The notes beneath the pieces are model-generated. The model was not told where the DNA came from. It worked only from the letters and a program-made list of their open reading frames with translations, and did no database searches. A DNA stretch of 62,952 nucleotides, filler included, from Stramenopiles sp. TOSAG23-6 (Eukaryota), in assembly GCA_900128565.1 (NCBI GenBank). It is 11 parts of 11 records of this genome, joined end to end, with 100 filler letters (N's around TTAATTAATTAA, not from the genome) between each part and the next. Parts side by side here need not be neighbours in the genome. Positions count along the whole stretch, not along the records: positions 59,522 to 60,598 come from LT639779.1; positions 60,699 to 61,775 come from LT639780.1; positions 61,876 to 62,952 come from LT639781.1; 8 more parts are not named here. The stretch is one strand, 5' to 3'. A program made the translations under genes and the position numbers. Below are positions 59,577 to 62,952 of the stretch, piece by piece; the stretch's first letter is position 1, and each line of letters opens with the position of its first letter.

Positions 59577-60436
59577 GAACCTTTGAATGGTGGACATCCT
59601 GTGCTAAAATGGTACAAAGTTCAGCCTGCGAAGAGAGGCCAGAAACCAAAAGGAATGATGAAATTGGCTGATGTTACGATACAACGAGCGGATGAATTTA
59701 ATCGAGATGAAGAAGTTCATGTACGTTGTTATGAGTACTATGACAATATTTTTTTTTTTTTTTTTCAAACTTCAAATTTTTTTTCATACGAAATTTTGTA
59801 CCTAACCAAAAAAAAATCCAAGAAAAATTAATTTTTTTTTTAAATATTTTTGTACAATTTAGGATGGGAATACAAAGAAGCATATCACTTCAAAATGTTT
59901 TCGAATTGTATCACCTGATAAATCAAAATGTTATTTAATAAATATACACCCATTAATGATCCCAAGTCAAAATGCATATAGGTTTTAGCTTTTTTCAAAT
60001 TCGATTTTTTTTTTATAGTAAATTTCGTACCTAACAATTTTTTTTAGATTTTTTTTGAAATATTTTTCCAAAATGCATTACTTGAAAGAGATGATTGGAT
60101 GCATAAAATCGAAGAAGCTGCTGCACAATATGAAACTGACGTACGTTTTTTTTTTTTTGGTTTCATACGAAATTTTGTACCTAAGCCAAAAAGCCAAAAA
60201 AAAAAAAATTAAATCTAAGAAAAAAAAATATTTTAGAAAAAAATATTTTCACACAACATATGATCATGATGTAAAAATTGCACAAAAAAACTCAACTCAA
60301 AAGAGCACAGAACGTCTATCCCAACGTCTAGATATCGTTGTAGGGTTAGGGTTACAAGATCGACTTCGTCCAAGAGAGAAACAAATTATATGGCAAAGTC
60401 GACACGTATTTTTTCATACGAAATTTTGTACCTAAC

Positions 60437-60474
<38 letters not shown>

Positions 60475-60598
60475 TTAAAAAAAAAAATTTTTAGCTAATT
60501 GTGTATACTATATATACTATTTATATCTTGACAACAAAGCGTTTGGTTACTCAGTCCGCTGCATTACCTAAATTTATTGAGTCCGTTGATTGGATTAA
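59577..60598 (+). CDS. Internal fragment of a PI3K-like protein: PH domain followed by the start of the PIK helical domain
   Basis: LKWYK...KPKGMMKL...FRIVS...ERDDWMHKIEEA; LRPREKQIIWQSRH...AALPKFIESVDW; AT...AT intron 59978-60078. Confidence 0.7.
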
Positions 60599-60698
60599 NN
60601 NNNNNNNNNNNNNNNNNNNNNNNNNNNNNNNNNNNNNNNNNNTTAATTAATTAANNNNNNNNNNNNNNNNNNNNNNNNNNNNNNNNNNNNNNNNNNNN
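60599..60698. other. Artificial contig spacer
   Basis: N44-TTAATTAATTAA-N44. Confidence 0.98.
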
Positions 60699-61115
60699 AA
60701 AGATCTGATGCAAAGGTTAGAACAGTGGGAGGAAAGCGCTGACTTAGTATTGTCCCTTGGGACATCCTTAAGTGGTTTAACAGCAGATGGTGTATGTGCA
60801 GCAGCTGCTAAGCGCGCGGAAGAGTCCGGGAATGGTCTCGGTTTAGTCATTGTTTCATTAACAAAAACCGGGTTAGATGACTTGGCAGCCATAAGAATTT
60901 TTGCAACTATTGATGATATACTAGCAAGACTTTCAAAACTATTGAAATTGGAAAGATATTTTCCAAATGATCAAGAAATACAAAAGGCTAGTAAACGTTC
61001 CTCTCTTTGGCATACGTATGCACTTTGGTATCGCGATTTTTACGATAAACAATTCAAACGTGAAACAAAAAAACAAATACGCCGTCGGGCACAGCCAAAT
61101 GTTAAGTTTTGCTAG
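60699..61115 (+). CDS. Sirtuin (SIRT6/7-like) C-terminal fragment
   Basis: ADLVLSLGTSL, LVIVSLTKTGLDDLAAIRIFATIDDIL. Confidence 0.75.
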   Translation, partial: KDLMQRLEQWEESADLVLSLGTSLSGLTADGVCAAAAKRAEESGNGLGLVIVSLTKTGLDDLAAIRIFATIDDILARLSKLLKLERYFPNDQEIQKASKRSSLWHTYALWYRDFYDKQFKRETKKQIRRRAQPNVKFC

Positions 61116-61775
61116 TAGTAGTAATGTCTGTACTAAAATAATAGATGCTGTGAATTATGTTGTTGTATGAATAAAAAACAAGAAAATTGGCTGTTATTTA
61201 AGTAATTATAATATTTTTTTTAGCCGCCGGTCGGTACTATATTAATACCAAGTAGAAGCATTCTGTACCCCTTGTAGTCTTGAAACATGTGCCCCTTCGG
61301 AAGGGCAGTCCAAGTGCACTGCGTGCGAAAGTGGGAAGTTTACAGACACAATTGGGGCGATTCCCTGCGAAGAAAAGAACTCGGAGACCCCGGTCTCGGA
61401 AATTATCATTTTGGTTTTGATTTCGATCGAGTCGGTGGGAAAGAAGCGCTAGTGCGAAGATCGTTGGCCAACAGATGGCCACCTAACATCTTTTTCCCCT
61501 TTCCCAAATCACCGCACAAACGGGTCCACAAGTTTCCCCCCATTTCAGCGTCGCAAGTAGCGCCAGTGCGTTGCTCTCGAGGATTTTGCAACTCACGTAG
61601 TTTTTGTGTGATGGCATCGTCCAGGGCTTGGAGAGCGAAGGCCTGTGTCTGGAATTTTTCCATCTGGTGGGTAACTGGATCTTATATAGCCTACGTCCAC
61701 TATAAAGTGCACTACGAGGAAACTGGCTCAGAGAAGAAGACAAACCGAGGATGGGCGGCGAGAATGTTGATCAGT

Positions 61776-61875
61776 NNNNNNNNNNNNNNNNNNNNNNNNN
61801 NNNNNNNNNNNNNNNNNNNTTAATTAATTAANNNNNNNNNNNNNNNNNNNNNNNNNNNNNNNNNNNNNNNNNNNN
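61776..61875. other. Artificial contig spacer
   Basis: N44-TTAATTAATTAA-N44. Confidence 0.98.
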
Positions 61876-61960
61876 AAAAAGCGAAACATAAACGAACCTA
61901 AACAACTGTAGCATTCCATTTCTTNGCATATTTTTAGTGTGTACAGTACATCAAATTAAA

Positions 61961-62952
61961 ATGACATTTGAGCGAATGAAAGTTGAGTCCGTTGGACAGT
62001 CTGACTTTGAAGTAAAAAAGTCCAAAACGATCAAAGTTCTATTTGTCGTTGTAGGCATTAGTCTCATTGCTGCGCTTCTATACGGTTCATATCGATCGTA
62101 TCCTCATTCAAGGCATTCTACAAAGACAAGCTCTTCACCAAAGAATCATGTTGAAAATAACACACCAGTGTTTACGCAGTATACTCCAGATTCGATCGGT
62201 AAATATTTGACAAAGTCACTGAGTGATTACAAAGTGAATGTTACAAGAAACGAGAAATTAGCGAAAGAAAATCTTGAACGTGCGTCAAAAGTCTATGATG
62301 AGGCTTTTGGTAAGGCCAGTGAAGACGTTATTACAGAAGTACAAACTTATGCTGCTAAAGTCCAAAATGCTGAAGAAAATTCTGAACCTGATCATCAACA
62401 CAGAACTTCTGAAGAACACGAGAAGTATCCTCGACGTCTTGTTAAAAATGAAGAACAAGTAAACGAAGAGGCTCAAGACGAAGCATCAGAACACAACGAA
62501 AACACCAAACATACCAAAAACAATCAAGATGCAGTCAAAGTATCTGAACAAGACGTACAAAACGAAAACAAAACAGCACAAAACATACGCGGCTCAAACA
62601 ATCTACGTTCAAAAGATCCAACAACACCTGCACCAACACAAACAACACCTGCACCAACAACACCTGCACCAACACCTGCACCAACAACACCAGCACCAAC
62701 AACACCTGCACCAACACCTGCACCAACACCAACAACACCTGCACCAACAACACCTGCACCAACACCAACAACACCTGCACCAACAACACCTGCACCAACA
62801 ACACCTGCACCAACACCTGCACCAACAACACCTGCACCAACAACACCTGCACCAACAACACCAACAACAACAACAACAACACCAAATTCAACAAATGTAC
62901 AACAACCCGATGACAAAGCATCAAACAATCTACATTCAAAAGATCCAAATTC
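61961..62952 (+). CDS. Type II membrane protein with mucin-like PTTPA repeats, 3'-truncated (absent from the ORF track)
   Basis: ATG at 61961, signal anchor VLFVVVGISLIAALLYG, no stop seen to window end; Pro/Thr repeats from ~62618. Confidence 0.7.
   Translation, partial: MTFERMKVESVGQSDFEVKKSKTIKVLFVVVGISLIAALLYGSYRSYPHSRHSTKTSSSPKNHVENNTPVFTQYTPDSIGKYLTKSLSDYKVNVTRNEKLAKENLERASKVYDEAFGKASEDVITEVQTYAAKVQNAEENSEPDHQHRTSEEHEKYPRRLVKNEEQVNEEAQDEASEHNENTKHTKNNQDAVKVSEQDVQNENKTAQNIRGSNNLRSKDPTTPAPTQTTPAPTTPAPTPAPTTPAPTTPAPTPAPTPTTPAPTTPAPTPTTPAPTTPAPTTPAPTPAPTTPAPTTPAPTTPTTTTTTPNSTNVQQPDDKASNNLHSKDPN
62618..62885 (+). repeat. CCAACAACACCTGCA-type coding tandem repeat
   Basis: Repeated 9/15-bp units encoding PTTPA. 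Confidence 0.9.

Noticed and set aside
5366-60435. Many short ORFs containing [21 protein letters not shown] or KYFSKIH
   Set aside because: These are translations of the intron motif in different frames, not a protein family
61237-61775. Higher-GC segment with overlapping short ORFs and faint bromodomain-like words
   Set aside because: Stops interrupt the candidate frame, it lies at a contig end and no product can be supported
7383-61875. Recurring TTAATTAATTAA flanked by N runs at ~7.4-kb spacing
   Set aside because: Artificial six-frame-stop spacers joining length-sorted contigs; not biological periodicity
62524-62948. Minus-strand VVGAG and VQVLL ORFs
   Set aside because: Antisense shadows of the plus-strand PTTPA mucin-like repeat

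Overview
AT-rich eukaryotic (protist-like, possibly a heterotrophic stramenopile; lineage is inference only) nuclear DNA. It consists of 11 unrelated contigs, sorted by decreasing length and joined by 100-nt N44-TTAATTAATTAA-N44 spacers, so synteny across spacers is meaningless. About 29 protein genes or fragments are visible: membrane adenylyl cyclase, G-alpha, two USP deubiquitinases, WDR44-like, RPS2, ArfGAP, ATG9, SF3A3, BAG-Ubl, ABHD4/5-like, NF-YA-like, Sec61-gamma, HIBCH, multi-KH, CCR4-like EEP, class I fumarase, PH-PI3K, sirtuin and others. The main signal is a family of roughly 60-70 short, sequence-similar introns. They have a 5' end RTAYGTTTT, a fixed internal motif TTTCRTACGAAATTTTGTACCTAAC and a 3' end typically GAAATATTTTTCCAAAATACAT. 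Conserved protein motifs force most of them to end in AT, some in TT and only a minority in AG; two start with AT. Nearby CAGs are skipped, one copy sits back-to-back with an older GT-AG intron, and the ends look like short inverted repeats with target duplications. This suggests an introner-type mobile intron family spliced by a modified spliceosome with AG-independent 3' splice-site choice. A related MITE and dispersed (CCCTAA)2-3 telomeric motifs are also present.
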